A DNA stretch of 64,000 nucleotides from an uncultured virus (IMG/VR IMGVR_UViG_3300009110_000302) (lineage: Duplodnaviria; Heunggongvirae; Uroviricota; Caudoviricetes): IMG/VR virus record IMGVR_UViG_3300009110_000302, positions 1-64,000 of that record. One strand, 5' to 3'. The notes below the pieces were generated by a model. That model did no database searches. It saw only the letters and a list, made by a program, of their open reading frames with translations, and was not told where the DNA came from. Position numbers and translations under genes: made by a program. Each line of letters opens with the position of its first letter. The first letter of the stretch is position 1. Below, piece by piece: positions 9,917 to 19,504 of the stretch.

Positions 9917-11407
9917 ATGGCAATTCATGCTCAAAGGATAGAAAAACACGTTTTAGCTGGTTTTTTAAATTATCCTGATTTAGTTATAGAGGTAGACACA
10001 TGGCTTGCTGATAAAGATTTTTTTATTAGAGAGCATCAAACTATTTTTTCCGTTATTAGAAGTACCGTCATAGAAGGAGAGCAAGAAGTAGATAATGTAT
10101 TAATAGCTAATAAGATTAATAATCTTGGAATAACATTTGAGAAAATTAATATTTTTGATTACCTTCGAGCTCTTAAGGGTATAACAATAACAAGGAAAAA
10201 CGCTATACAAGCTTGTCAAGAACTTTCAAAGATAAGAATTAGCAGAGAAATTGATGAAGTCTTAGACAAGGGCAAAGACTTTCTTAGAGAAAATTTAAAT
10301 TCTGATATAGATACTATTTTAACAGGCTGTGATGAAATTTATAATAGCAAGTTAGATTCTTACACTCTTAAAGAAGAACCCAAAAATCTTTTTGATGGGA
10401 TTGAAGATTTCATAGAAGAAATTGGCAATAACCCAAGAGACGAGACAGGTTTAGCGACAGGCTTCACGGAGTTCAATAGGTTATATGGGGGGTTAATGCC
10501 CGGAAATATTTATGCTATTGTATCTAGGCCGGGACAAGGTAAAAGTACTTGGATCCAAAATTTAGCATTAAAAAGCAGTCAATTAAATAGTGTTAATACA
10601 CTTATATGCGATACAGAAATGAACTCAGACGAGAACAAGTTCAGGCTAATAGCTTCTCTTTCCAAAGTTCCATTATGGCATATACAAACAGGCCGATGGA
10701 GAGAAGATGAAGAAATGACCGAAAGAGTCAGGGAAGCATTAAAAAAAGTAAAAGGGTGGAAATATCATCATGTTCACGTAGCTAACAAACCTATCGATCA
10801 GGTTTGCTCTTTAATAAGACGTTGGTATTATACTAAAGTCGGCAGAGGCAACCCCGCGATAGTAGCGGTAGATTATATAAAATTAACTGGTGAGAAAGTA
10901 GGACAAAACTGGGCGGAGCACCAAGCTATCGGTGAGAAAATTGATAAACTTAAAAAGCTTGCGGAAGATTTGCAAGTGCCAATCATTACCGCGATGCAGC
11001 TTAATAGGACGGGTGAAAGAGGCAGGGCTAATTCTGTAGTGGATGACGCTTCAGCTATCTCCTTATCTGATAGGCTTCAGTGGTATGCTAGTTTTGTAGC
11101 GATCTTTAGACGTAAAACTTTAGACGAGTTAGCCGCGGATGGAGAAGATTTTGGCTCTCACAAACTAATACCTTTAAAAACTAGGTGGCAAGGCAGAGAC
11201 GCCTCGGGTCATCAAGATCTTTTTCAGCGTAGAGAAGACCCTAACGACCCCAATAGCGATTTGGTTTGGGTTAATAATTTTTTAAATTTTGATGTAGACA
11301 ATTTTGATATAGAAGAGAGAGGTTCCTTAGCGAATATCATTCGAGCGGAGAACGGAATCGTAGAGGTGACTGATTTAGAGCCCCCTGACGAATTAGATAC
11401 TTTATAA
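9917..11407 (+). CDS. dnaB: Replicative DNA helicase, DnaB family
   Basis: DnaB N-terminal pattern (DFF..EHQ.IF), Walker A SRPGQGKS, TEM, VDYI, QLNR. Start placed at ATG 9917. Confidence 0.92.
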   Translation: MAIHAQRIEKHVLAGFLNYPDLVIEVDTWLADKDFFIREHQTIFSVIRSTVIEGEQEVDNVLIANKINNLGITFEKINIFDYLRALKGITITRKNAIQACQELSKIRISREIDEVLDKGKDFLRENLNSDIDTILTGCDEIYNSKLDSYTLKEEPKNLFDGIEDFIEEIGNNPRDETGLATGFTEFNRLYGGLMPGNIYAIVSRPGQGKSTWIQNLALKSSQLNSVNTLICDTEMNSDENKFRLIASLSKVPLWHIQTGRWREDEEMTERVREALKKVKGWKYHHVHVANKPIDQVCSLIRRWYYTKVGRGNPAIVAVDYIKLTGEKVGQNWAEHQAIGEKIDKLKKLAEDLQVPIITAMQLNRTGERGRANSVVDDASAISLSDRLQWYASFVAIFRRKTLDELAADGEDFGSHKLIPLKTRWQGRDASGHQDLFQRREDPNDPNSDLVWVNNFLNFDVDNFDIEERGSLANIIRAENGIVEVTDLEPPDELDTL

Positions 11408-11409
11408 AA

Positions 11410-12348
11410 ATGACAGAAGACCAAGTCAGAGACATCCTTATGGAAATAGGATACAACTTAAGAGATCAAGATGCCGAATGGTATAGGAGTAATGCTCTTT
11501 ACAGAGGGGGAAGCAATCCTACTATTCTTGCTATAAATAAGGAGACAGGGTCTTGGAAAGATTTTAAAACGGGGAGCAAAGGGAACCTGAAAGAATTGAT
11601 TAGGTTAACTCTAAATATTTCTAACGAAGAAATAAAAGTTAGATTTAAAGATATTCAGTCTAAAATTAATAACAATAGACCTTCTAGACCAAAACTTTTA
11701 CCTGAAGATGGTGAAATATTCTCTCCCTCTATAGTTGATAATTTTATAGAAGATAATTCATACTGGAACGAAAGAGGAATAACTGACGAAACCTTAAAAC
11801 CTTTTCGAGGAGGAGTGTGCCCAGCCGGAGTTATGAAAAATCGTTATACTTTTCCTGTGTTTAATTTTAGAGGAGATTTAGTTGGAGTTACGGGAAGATA
11901 TATTTATAATATAAGAGAAGATTCTTTTACTAAAAAATGGAAGATCAAAGGGGCTAAAAAAAATTGGAGGTACCCCCTACAAGTAAATTCTAAAATTTTA
12001 AAAAAATTTAAAAAACTAATTTTAGTTGAAAGCATCGGAGACATGTTAGCTTTGTGGCAGTTAGGATACCGTCACGTGATGGTTACTTTTGGCACAGAGA
12101 TAAGCTTGTCTATAGTGAATTTCATGTTAAGTTTAGACCCTGACGAAATCATCTTATCTTTTAATGATGACTCAGCGAGGGGGAACGCAGGTAATGATGC
12201 AGCTAAAAAAGAATTTAGGAAGCTTTCTAAATATTTTGATCATAATCAGCTAAGAATATGTTTGCCTAGTGGTGAAAATGACTTTGGCAGTATGAGTGCT
12301 GATCAAATAGTAAATTGGGGGACGTCAAATAATGTCGAAACAGTCTGA
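11410..12348 (+). CDS. dnaG: DNA primase, DnaG/Toprim type
   Basis: RYTFPV...VGVTGR, Toprim LVESIGD and SFNDDS..GN.A; directly after dnaB. Confidence 0.85.
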   Translation: MTEDQVRDILMEIGYNLRDQDAEWYRSNALYRGGSNPTILAINKETGSWKDFKTGSKGNLKELIRLTLNISNEEIKVRFKDIQSKINNNRPSRPKLLPEDGEIFSPSIVDNFIEDNSYWNERGITDETLKPFRGGVCPAGVMKNRYTFPVFNFRGDLVGVTGRYIYNIREDSFTKKWKIKGAKKNWRYPLQVNSKILKKFKKLILVESIGDMLALWQLGYRHVMVTFGTEISLSIVNFMLSLDPDEIILSFNDDSARGNAGNDAAKKEFRKLSKYFDHNQLRICLPSGENDFGSMSADQIVNWGTSNNVETV

Positions 12349-13357
12349 AGAAAAAAAGAAATTATATCTTTCTGCTTCTAGAATGAGCACTTACGATAAG
12401 TGTTCTTGGCAGTATTGGTGTAAGTACGTACTTGGCTTACCGGATAAAACAAATGATGGAGCAATAAGAGGATCCATTTGTCACTTGATATTAGAACTTC
12501 TATTAAAACCGAGACATAAAAAACATTTTGATAGCATTATAGACACCCAAGACATAGCCTCAAGCAAGCCGGTAGATAGAACAGTTATAAAACATTTAAA
12601 GCAGCAGGATGCCTATAACGAAGAGAATTATAATCTTTGTAATAAGATGATTTATGTAGCTTTGGATAATGATTTTTTTGGAGAAGGAGGCCACATAGAA
12701 GGCCCAGAAAAGGAGTTTTTCATAGAAAATGAGAATCCAAAATATAACATACGTGGGTATATAGATAAGCCCATAGAGTATAAAAAGAAAAAGTTCTTAA
12801 AAATAGTAGATTATAAAACGAGTAAAAGTAAATTTTCTGGAGAAGAGCTAGAGTCCAACATACAGGCGATGATGTATTCTTTAGCGGCTAAAACGCTTTG
12901 GCCAAAAATGAAACGTCGGTTGGTCCAGTTTTTGTTTTTGAAATTCCCTCGTACCCCGAGGCAAGAATTGGAGTTTACTGACGATCAACTTAAAGGGTTT
13001 GAGTATCACTTAGAAAATATTAATAAGGTTCTAGAAGAATTTGATGAGGAATCAGCAAAGTCTAATTACGCTGCGGATAATGGAACGCAATGGCTTTGTG
13101 GCCCAGCGAAAAGTGGATGGATCTGCCCTTTCCATAAGCCCTTTGAGTATTATTCCCTTCTAGATAAAGACGGGGAACAAATAAAATCTTCTTATGAGGA
13201 CGATCTGAACCCTTCTAAAGGACAGTCAGTAGAGAAAAGAACATATGATGGGTGTCCTAGGAAGATGGGAGAATCAACGGCTTGCTTATCTCAAAATCAA
13301 AATGCTGATGAATTTGATGATTTTTTTGATTCAGATCTTGACGAATTCGATTTTTAA
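12332..13357 (+). CDS. PD-(D/E)XK nuclease, Cas4/AddB-like
   Basis: LSASRMSTYDKC, GSICH.ILE, RGYID, IVDYKT, Q...Y, plus C-terminal Cys residues (WLC, WIC, GCP). Confidence 0.85.
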   Translation: MSKQSEEKKKLYLSASRMSTYDKCSWQYWCKYVLGLPDKTNDGAIRGSICHLILELLLKPRHKKHFDSIIDTQDIASSKPVDRTVIKHLKQQDAYNEENYNLCNKMIYVALDNDFFGEGGHIEGPEKEFFIENENPKYNIRGYIDKPIEYKKKKFLKIVDYKTSKSKFSGEELESNIQAMMYSLAAKTLWPKMKRRLVQFLFLKFPRTPRQELEFTDDQLKGFEYHLENINKVLEEFDEESAKSNYAADNGTQWLCGPAKSGWICPFHKPFEYYSLLDKDGEQIKSSYEDDLNPSKGQSVEKRTYDGCPRKMGESTACLSQNQNADEFDDFFDSDLDEFDF

Positions 13358-13372
13358 ACTTAATGTGTTTGG

Positions 13373-14143
13373 ATGTCAGATAAAATAATACCTCTTTTTA
13401 AGTCTCATTATAGCTTAGGTAAAAGCATTTTGACCTTAGAAAAAGCAGGAGAGACTTTGGAAAATTATCCTGATTCGGTTTTCGATATAGCTAAGGAGAA
13501 TAAACTAAAGAAGGTCTTTCTTGTTGACGATAATATGTCAGGTTTTTTACAAGCTTATGCTAGCTCTAAAGAGGCGGGGGTAGACTTAATTTTTGGGTTG
13601 CGTCTAAGTGTTTGTTCTGACATGAATCAGAAAGACGACGAGTCTAGAAACGAGACATGCAAATATATTATTTTTATAAAAAACTTGGAGGGCTACAAGA
13701 GGTTAGTTAGAATTTTCACGAAGGCTGCAAAAGATGGTTTTTATTATTACCCGAGGATAGACTTTCAGAATTTAAATAAGATGTGGAGCTCTAGAGACTT
13801 AGAGCTAGCAATTCCCTTTTACGATTCTTTTATTTTTAACAACGTGATGGGCTCGGCTTTTTGCATTCCGGATTTTAGTAAAATAAAACCAGTATTTTTC
13901 TTAGAAGAAAATGATTTGCCGTTTGATGATTTAGTTAGGTCTCGTGTTGAACAGTATTGTCAGGACAAATACGAGACAGCAGAGACTAAGAGTATCTATT
14001 ATAATAATAGAAAAGATTTTAAGCCTTATTTAACTTTTAAATGTATTAGTAATCGAAGCGTTTTAGATAAACCTCAATTCGATCATATGTGCAGTGATGA
14101 GTTTTGTTTTGAAAGCTGGAAGGAAAAAAATGGTACCGTTTAA
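13373..14143 (+). CDS. Stand-alone PHP domain of Pol III alpha with degenerate metal sites
   Basis: PLFKSHYSLGKSI, DDNMSGF, IFGLR, KNLEGYKRL and YYYPRID parallel the DnaE N-terminus. Confidence 0.82.
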   Translation: MSDKIIPLFKSHYSLGKSILTLEKAGETLENYPDSVFDIAKENKLKKVFLVDDNMSGFLQAYASSKEAGVDLIFGLRLSVCSDMNQKDDESRNETCKYIIFIKNLEGYKRLVRIFTKAAKDGFYYYPRIDFQNLNKMWSSRDLELAIPFYDSFIFNNVMGSAFCIPDFSKIKPVFFLEENDLPFDDLVRSRVEQYCQDKYETAETKSIYYNNRKDFKPYLTFKCISNRSVLDKPQFDHMCSDEFCFESWKEKNGTV

Positions 14144-14495
14144 TCCCAAAAAAGTAGAGAAGGAGTGGGGCTATGAAGTGTGGTTGGCTAACAATAAGGA
14201 TGAAGATTATTGTGGCAAGATTTTATTTATCGAGAAGGGTAAGTCTACTTCCATGCATTATCATATAGATAAGCATGAGACTTTTTATGTTATTGATGGA
14301 ACTTTAAGAGTAGATATGCTGCGAGATAAAAATGAACCAGACCATCACCCATTTACAATGACATGTAAGGAGGGGGAATCTATGGAGATGCAAAGAGAAC
14401 AAGCTCATAAACTAATAGCGGCAGAAGGGAATGTCACCCTTATTGAGATAAGTAAGTTCCACAGAGACGAGGATAGTCATAGGCTTTACCGATGA
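14130..14495 (+). CDS. Cupin protein, sugar/mannose-6-phosphate isomerase-like
   Basis: KEWGYE, YCGKIL, SMHYH..KHETFYV, HKL, EIS..H.D.DS.R. Start placed at 14130. Confidence 0.8.
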   Translation: MVPFNPKKVEKEWGYEVWLANNKDEDYCGKILFIEKGKSTSMHYHIDKHETFYVIDGTLRVDMLRDKNEPDHHPFTMTCKEGESMEMQREQAHKLIAAEGNVTLIEISKFHRDEDSHRLYR

Positions 14496-15130
14496 ATGAA
14501 CACTTATTAAGATTTGATAAAGATAAAGTTTATACCTTTATAGACTGCGAGACAGAGAATCTTTGCCTTAACTCTTTTCATAATTTGCCGTGGCAGATAG
14601 CCATGATTAAAGTGAAAGGGGAAGAGATTCTTGATAGTAAAGACTATTATGTTAAGTGGGACAGAGAGCTTCACGTTAGCAAAGAAGCGGCAAGGATAAC
14701 AAGGTTTAGCACTAAAACTCATAAAGAGAAGGCTCTCCCTTATCAGGAAATATTCCCCACCATTAAAGATTGGCTTGAGGGAGCAGATTATATTGTGGGG
14801 CACAATTTATTAGGTTTTGATATATATCTTATTAGGGACTTTTATAAGAAAATGGGGGAAGATTATAGACCTTTGATGCCTAAAATTTTAGATACCCTAG
14901 CTATAGCTAGAGGATTAAAGAGTGGGGAGCTTTATAATTCTGAAAAGAATTTCTTGGAGTATCAGTATAAGATGATAAACTATATTAGGAAAGGGATGAG
15001 AACATCTTTATCAGCTTTGGGTAAGGAAAACGATATTGATCATGATTATGACAATCTTCACGATGCTTTAGTCGATTTAGAATTAAACTTAAAGGTATGG
15101 AACCATTTAAAATGGAAGGCAGAGATCTAA
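14492..15130 (+). CDS. DEDDh 3'-5' exonuclease, DnaQ/epsilon-like
   Basis: ExoI IDCETE, ExoII GHNLLGFD, ExoIII HDALVD. Confidence 0.88.
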   Translation: MNEHLLRFDKDKVYTFIDCETENLCLNSFHNLPWQIAMIKVKGEEILDSKDYYVKWDRELHVSKEAARITRFSTKTHKEKALPYQEIFPTIKDWLEGADYIVGHNLLGFDIYLIRDFYKKMGEDYRPLMPKILDTLAIARGLKSGELYNSEKNFLEYQYKMINYIRKGMRTSLSALGKENDIDHDYDNLHDALVDLELNLKVWNHLKWKAEI

Positions 15131-15447
15131 TGGCTAGCAATGATTTTATATACGATCTTTTGGATCACCTTAAGAAAGATAACATGGATTATCTTTTGAT
15201 AACGGTTGATAAAGGGGGGGAGGCCGATCAGGTTGAACTATTTTACAGCGCAGAGAGTACCCAATCTGAACAATGTATAGTTTATTGTTTTAATAAACTT
15301 ATTGAAGAAATTAAGAATGGTCAGGGCCTAGAATCTCCCGACGGAGAGCACACGCAGGTTGATTATGGCTGGGTAAACCAAGAGGAGCTAGATGAATACT
15401 CACCCCCATTAAATGAAGACGATGAAGAGGATGAAGACAAAAACTAA
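15130..15447 (+). CDS. Acidic hypothetical protein
   Basis: Start overlaps the upstream stop (TAATG); D/E-rich tail. Confidence 0.6.
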   Translation: MASNDFIYDLLDHLKKDNMDYLLITVDKGGEADQVELFYSAESTQSEQCIVYCFNKLIEEIKNGQGLESPDGEHTQVDYGWVNQEELDEYSPPLNEDDEEDEDKN

Positions 15448-17995
15448 ATTTAGCGACAGGTTAAAAAGCATTGATTTGCCCTTACACGGAGTCAGATTGC
15501 CTAGTTTCAACATCGAAGACTCTTCTAAGAGGGAGCTGGGTGTCAGTGAGTCTGTGTCCAATTACGAGTTCTTATGTTCTTTATGCGATCAGGGTCTTGA
15601 GCAGGTAATCGGTAAGAAAAATAAAAATTATAAAAAATATAAAGAAAGACTAACCTATGAGCTAAAGACTTTAGATAGTTTGAGTTTTGTAGATTATATT
15701 CTTTTAGTCTGGAATGTCATTAACTTTTGTAAGAGAGAGGATATCCCTACAGGCTTGGGTCGAGGGAGCGCGGCAGGTTCTTTAGTTCTGTTTTTAATCG
15801 GGGTGACAGGTATAGACCCCATCAAGCATGAATTATATTTTGAGAGGTTTATATCAAAAACCCGAGCTAAAAAGAAGGTCGTAGAAGGGGTTACATACTT
15901 GGATGGTTCATTAATGTGTGATGTAGATTTAGACATTTGCTATTACAATAGAGCTAAAGTAATTGAATACCTTGAAAGTCAATTTAAAGGTAGGACAGCC
16001 AAGATTTTAACTTTAAATACTCTTAGTTCCAAGCTTTTGATAAAGGAGTGTGGCAAGATCGTGGCTCAAAAACCGGAGTCAGAGATGAATAGGGTCACAG
16101 CTTTAATACCCAAAGTTTTTGGACAGGTGAAGGACGCGCAAGAAGCTTATGAAGAGGTCGAGGCTTTTCGGGATTGGTGCGATAAAAATAAAGACGTCTA
16201 TGAGACCGCTTTGAAACTTCGAAACTTAGTAAAAAATAAGGGCGTTCATGCATCAGGAATTCTTTTATCTTATGATTTATTAGAAGATAGTATTCCTGTA
16301 GAATTATCCTCGGACAAAAATGACGTTTCCTCTTTCGATATGAACTGGGCCTCTATTCTTAACGTAAAATTAGACCTACTTGGCTTAAGAGGAGTTTCTG
16401 TTGCGTACGATGTCTGCAAGCAAGTTGGAATTGAAATTACAGATATTGATTTAGAAGACCCGTTAATTTATCAAAACTTGTACGAGCTTACTAATCCTCA
16501 TGGTCTTTTTCAAATCGAAGCGGAGACTAATTTTAGAGTATGTCAAAAAGTTAAGCCAAAAAATTTGGACGAGTTAAGTGGCGTCCTTGCGTTAGCTCGA
16601 CCCGGAGCTTTAGCTTTCGTAGACCAATACGCGAACTACACAAATAATGATGTCTACGATGTAATCCACCCATTCTTCGATGATATTTTAGCGTCAACCG
16701 GTGGGGTCTGTTTGTACCAAGAGCAGATGATGAAGATGGCGAACAAAATTGGATTCTCTCTTGACGAAGCAGAACTACTTCGTCGTATCGTAGGCAAGAA
16801 AAAGGTTTCTGAGGTTAAGAAGTGGAAAAAGAAAATTAAAGACAAGGTTAAGAAGAATAATTTAGACCTTGAGATCGGAGATATACTATGGAGCGTTCTC
16901 GAAGACTCCGCTAACTATTCCTTCAACAAATCTCATTCTATATCTTATGCGGCTTTATCCGCCATTACGGTTTACCTTAAGTTTAAGTATCCTCAAGAGT
17001 TTTTCTTGAGTTTGCTAAAGATGACTCGCTTCGAACCAGATCCAATAGCTGAAATTTCTAAGATTCAGAGAGAGCTAAACCAGTTCGGGATAAAGCTTTT
17101 ACCTCCTCACTTAATTAAGTCTGACATGGATTTTACTATTGAAGGGAAGGATATTCGGTTCGGATTGCTTTCAATTAAGGGGGTCTCAGATAAGTCTATT
17201 GAAAAACTTTACGATTTTAAAAAAGAGTATTCCACTAAATTTGAGATTTTTCAAGCTGCTCAAGAAGCTAAGATAGGTCTTAGCGTCTTATGCCCATTGA
17301 TCCAAGCGGGAGCTTTAGAAGGTTTTAAGCAAACCAGAACTAAAGTCGTTTACGAAGCGCAAGTTTGGAGTATCTTAACAGCGAGGGAGAAAAGGTGGGT
17401 GTTAGATTTCGGAAAAGAATTTGATTACGACTTGGTTAAGATAGTTAAACATCTTACAGTCTTTAAGGCCGACGGAGATAAGCCTATTATTAAAGAGTCT
17501 AGAATTGGGACAATAAAAAAGAAGTCTGCCCCTTATAAAAAGATTTTTGAAATAAATAGTAAGTCAGAAAGGTTTGCTAATTGGTATTATGAGAATTTGT
17601 TATTAGGTTATACTTATGGAAATACCTTGATTGACATTTATCAACCCTTACGTCCTAACGATACTTTCATGAGGGGGCGTGAGGTTGACGAGCTAGATGT
17701 GGACGAGCAGGTTTGTTTCATTGGGGTCGTTAAGGATGTTTTCTCTGGGACTTCTAAGAATGGAAATGATTATCTTAGAATATATATTGCGGACGAAACG
17801 TCTCAAGTTAAAATCATGATCTTCAATAAGAAGATGGAGAATTGTATCCATCAGAATTTTGGTGGTAATTTACCCGAGAAAGAAGAGATTGTTCGAGTTA
17901 CAGGTGTCAAGAAAGAGGAGGTTGTTTTTGCTGACAACATAAGTCCTCAACCGAATAAGGTTTACACGAAGCTTGCGCAGATTAAAAATTTATGA
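15431..17995 (+). CDS. dnaE: DNA polymerase III alpha catalytic subunit lacking most of the PHP domain
   Basis: GRGSAAGSLV, FERF, CDVDLD, HASG, KLDLLGL, FQIE, YQEQ, YSFNKSH, IRFGLLSIKG and a C-terminal OB fold. Start may be 15413-15431. Confidence 0.93.
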   Translation: MKTKTKFSDRLKSIDLPLHGVRLPSFNIEDSSKRELGVSESVSNYEFLCSLCDQGLEQVIGKKNKNYKKYKERLTYELKTLDSLSFVDYILLVWNVINFCKREDIPTGLGRGSAAGSLVLFLIGVTGIDPIKHELYFERFISKTRAKKKVVEGVTYLDGSLMCDVDLDICYYNRAKVIEYLESQFKGRTAKILTLNTLSSKLLIKECGKIVAQKPESEMNRVTALIPKVFGQVKDAQEAYEEVEAFRDWCDKNKDVYETALKLRNLVKNKGVHASGILLSYDLLEDSIPVELSSDKNDVSSFDMNWASILNVKLDLLGLRGVSVAYDVCKQVGIEITDIDLEDPLIYQNLYELTNPHGLFQIEAETNFRVCQKVKPKNLDELSGVLALARPGALAFVDQYANYTNNDVYDVIHPFFDDILASTGGVCLYQEQMMKMANKIGFSLDEAELLRRIVGKKKVSEVKKWKKKIKDKVKKNNLDLEIGDILWSVLEDSANYSFNKSHSISYAALSAITVYLKFKYPQEFFLSLLKMTRFEPDPIAEISKIQRELNQFGIKLLPPHLIKSDMDFTIEGKDIRFGLLSIKGVSDKSIEKLYDFKKEYSTKFEIFQAAQEAKIGLSVLCPLIQAGALEGFKQTRTKVVYEAQVWSILTAREKRWVLDFGKEFDYDLVKIVKHLTVFKADGDKPIIKESRIGTIKKKSAPYKKIFEINSKSERFANWYYENLLLGYTYGNTLIDIYQPLRPNDTFMRGREVDELDVDEQVCFIGVVKDVFSGTSKNGNDYLRIYIADETSQVKIMIFNKKMENCIHQNFGGNLPEKEEIVRVTGVKKEEVVFADNISPQPNKVYTKLAQIKNL

Positions 17996-18906
17996 AAACA
18001 GTTCTAGTAACAGGAGGGAAAGGCTTTATAGGGGGAGCTCTAGTTGAAGCTTTGGTCAAAAAAGGCAATCGGGTTGTGGTTATAGATAATCAATCAGCGA
18101 AAGATGTTGATTTTCTTATAGATGCAAAAGTTAAATATTACGAAGAAGACGTAGCTAATTTACAGTTCTTCTCTCAACTTTACCAAGAGTACCAAAGGTT
18201 TGATATTATCTTTCACTTGGCTGGATTAGCGAGCGTCTTAGATAGTCTTGATAGACCGGCAATAACTTATTTGGATAATTATTTAGGAACAGCAAACATC
18301 CTAGAATTTTCTAGGTTTTCTAGGCCTCATAAAGTTGTAAACGTTTCTACTTGTGCTGTTTATGGACGTAGTGAGAAAAGTCCTTTCGAGGAGTCTGACG
18401 TAACGGAACATAATTTAAACCCTTATTCTCAATCAAAACGTCATGGGGAAGATCTCTGTAGTCTTTATAACGAAGTTTACGGAGTAGAGGTTTTGACGTT
18501 AAGGTTGTTTAATGTTTATGGTCCTCGTAATAAAAAAAGCGTGGTGAGCAAGTTCTTAAAGGCTAAATCTGAGGGTAAAAATTTAGCCATTCACGGAATG
18601 GGTGACCAGACCAGAGATTATGTTCACGTTGATGACGTCGTGAACGCTTTAATATTAGCTGCGGAGTCGGGTATATCTTGCTCTGGGGAGGTTTATAACG
18701 TGGGGACAGGAAAAGAGCATAGCGTTAAAGACCTTGCGAAAATGATCGACCCAGAGGGAGAATATGAGGCTAAAGCAGGGGGGAGTAGAGAGGTAAAACA
18801 GGCTAAAGCAGGTATTTCTAAAATAAAAAAAGACTTAGGTTGGAAGCCCAAGCATAAGCTAGAATCTTACATTCAAAAAGAGCTTAAATCCTTGACGAAA
18901 GATTAA
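17992..18906 (+). CDS. NAD-dependent nucleotide-sugar epimerase/dehydratase
   Basis: TGGKGFIG, YSQSK (YxxxK), RLFNVYGP, RDYVHVDD. Confidence 0.9.
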   Translation: MKTVLVTGGKGFIGGALVEALVKKGNRVVVIDNQSAKDVDFLIDAKVKYYEEDVANLQFFSQLYQEYQRFDIIFHLAGLASVLDSLDRPAITYLDNYLGTANILEFSRFSRPHKVVNVSTCAVYGRSEKSPFEESDVTEHNLNPYSQSKRHGEDLCSLYNEVYGVEVLTLRLFNVYGPRNKKSVVSKFLKAKSEGKNLAIHGMGDQTRDYVHVDDVVNALILAAESGISCSGEVYNVGTGKEHSVKDLAKMIDPEGEYEAKAGGSREVKQAKAGISKIKKDLGWKPKHKLESYIQKELKSLTKD

Positions 18907-18920
18907 CTATAGTTTATTAT
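18892..18920 (+). promoter_or_regulatory. sigma70-like promoter, likely leaderless
   Basis: TTGACG-N17-TATTAT; ATG 7 nt downstream. Confidence 0.65.
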
Positions 18921-18927
18921 TCATAAT

Positions 18928-19500
18928 ATGATACAGTTTTATAAACCCAACAAGAAAGTAACAGGCTCCGCTTGTTCATTTTGGCTTAATGATGACGGGA
19001 GCATTATGGCTTCGCTTATAAAGCAGGACGGCTGGAACACTCAAAAGAACACGGGCTCTTTTTCTAAAAATAAAGATAATCCTAACGGTAGGGTTATTAT
19101 CAAGCTAGGGGAGACCGAGGTAGCAGCAATGGTTGACAGTCTTGAGAACAACCGTAAGTGGTCTACCTACCACAGAAGCTCAAAACAGACTTTGCAAATA
19201 AATTTTGGCACTTACGATAGGTCGGGAGAGCAGGTGGGTTATTCTTTTTCTGTCAACAAACAGGACGCGGAAGACTCTACCAATAAAACGAGCTTTATTA
19301 TAGGTTTTAATTTTGGAGAAGGTAGATATTTAAAAGAGTTTTTACTTTTTCTTTTAAACAAGAGATTCTCTTCTTTTCAACAAAAAAGAAAAGAGAGTTT
19401 CTCTGCTCCAAAAAGAACAAGCAAGCCCGCTCCCGCCAAACAGAAAATTGATATAGAAGAGATTGATTTATCGGAAGAGGATGACGATCTAGCTTGGTGA
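18928..19500 (+). CDS. Putative ssDNA-binding protein with an acidic-aromatic tail
   Basis: Close to the replication module; ends EEDDDLAW, like SSB tails. The core does not resemble a classical SSB OB fold. Confidence 0.45.
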   Translation: MIQFYKPNKKVTGSACSFWLNDDGSIMASLIKQDGWNTQKNTGSFSKNKDNPNGRVIIKLGETEVAAMVDSLENNRKWSTYHRSSKQTLQINFGTYDRSGEQVGYSFSVNKQDAEDSTNKTSFIIGFNFGEGRYLKEFLLFLLNKRFSSFQQKRKESFSAPKRTSKPAPAKQKIDIEEIDLSEEDDDLAW

Positions 19501-19504
19501 TTGA

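Noticed and set aside
12332..13357. Cas4 as part of a CRISPR-Cas locus
   Set aside because: No array or other cas genes; it sits in the replication operon.
9917..17995. Inteins or introns in dnaB or dnaE, including a split intein
   Set aside because: No C/S...HN splice motifs or LAGLIDADG inserts seen, and motif spacing looks normal.
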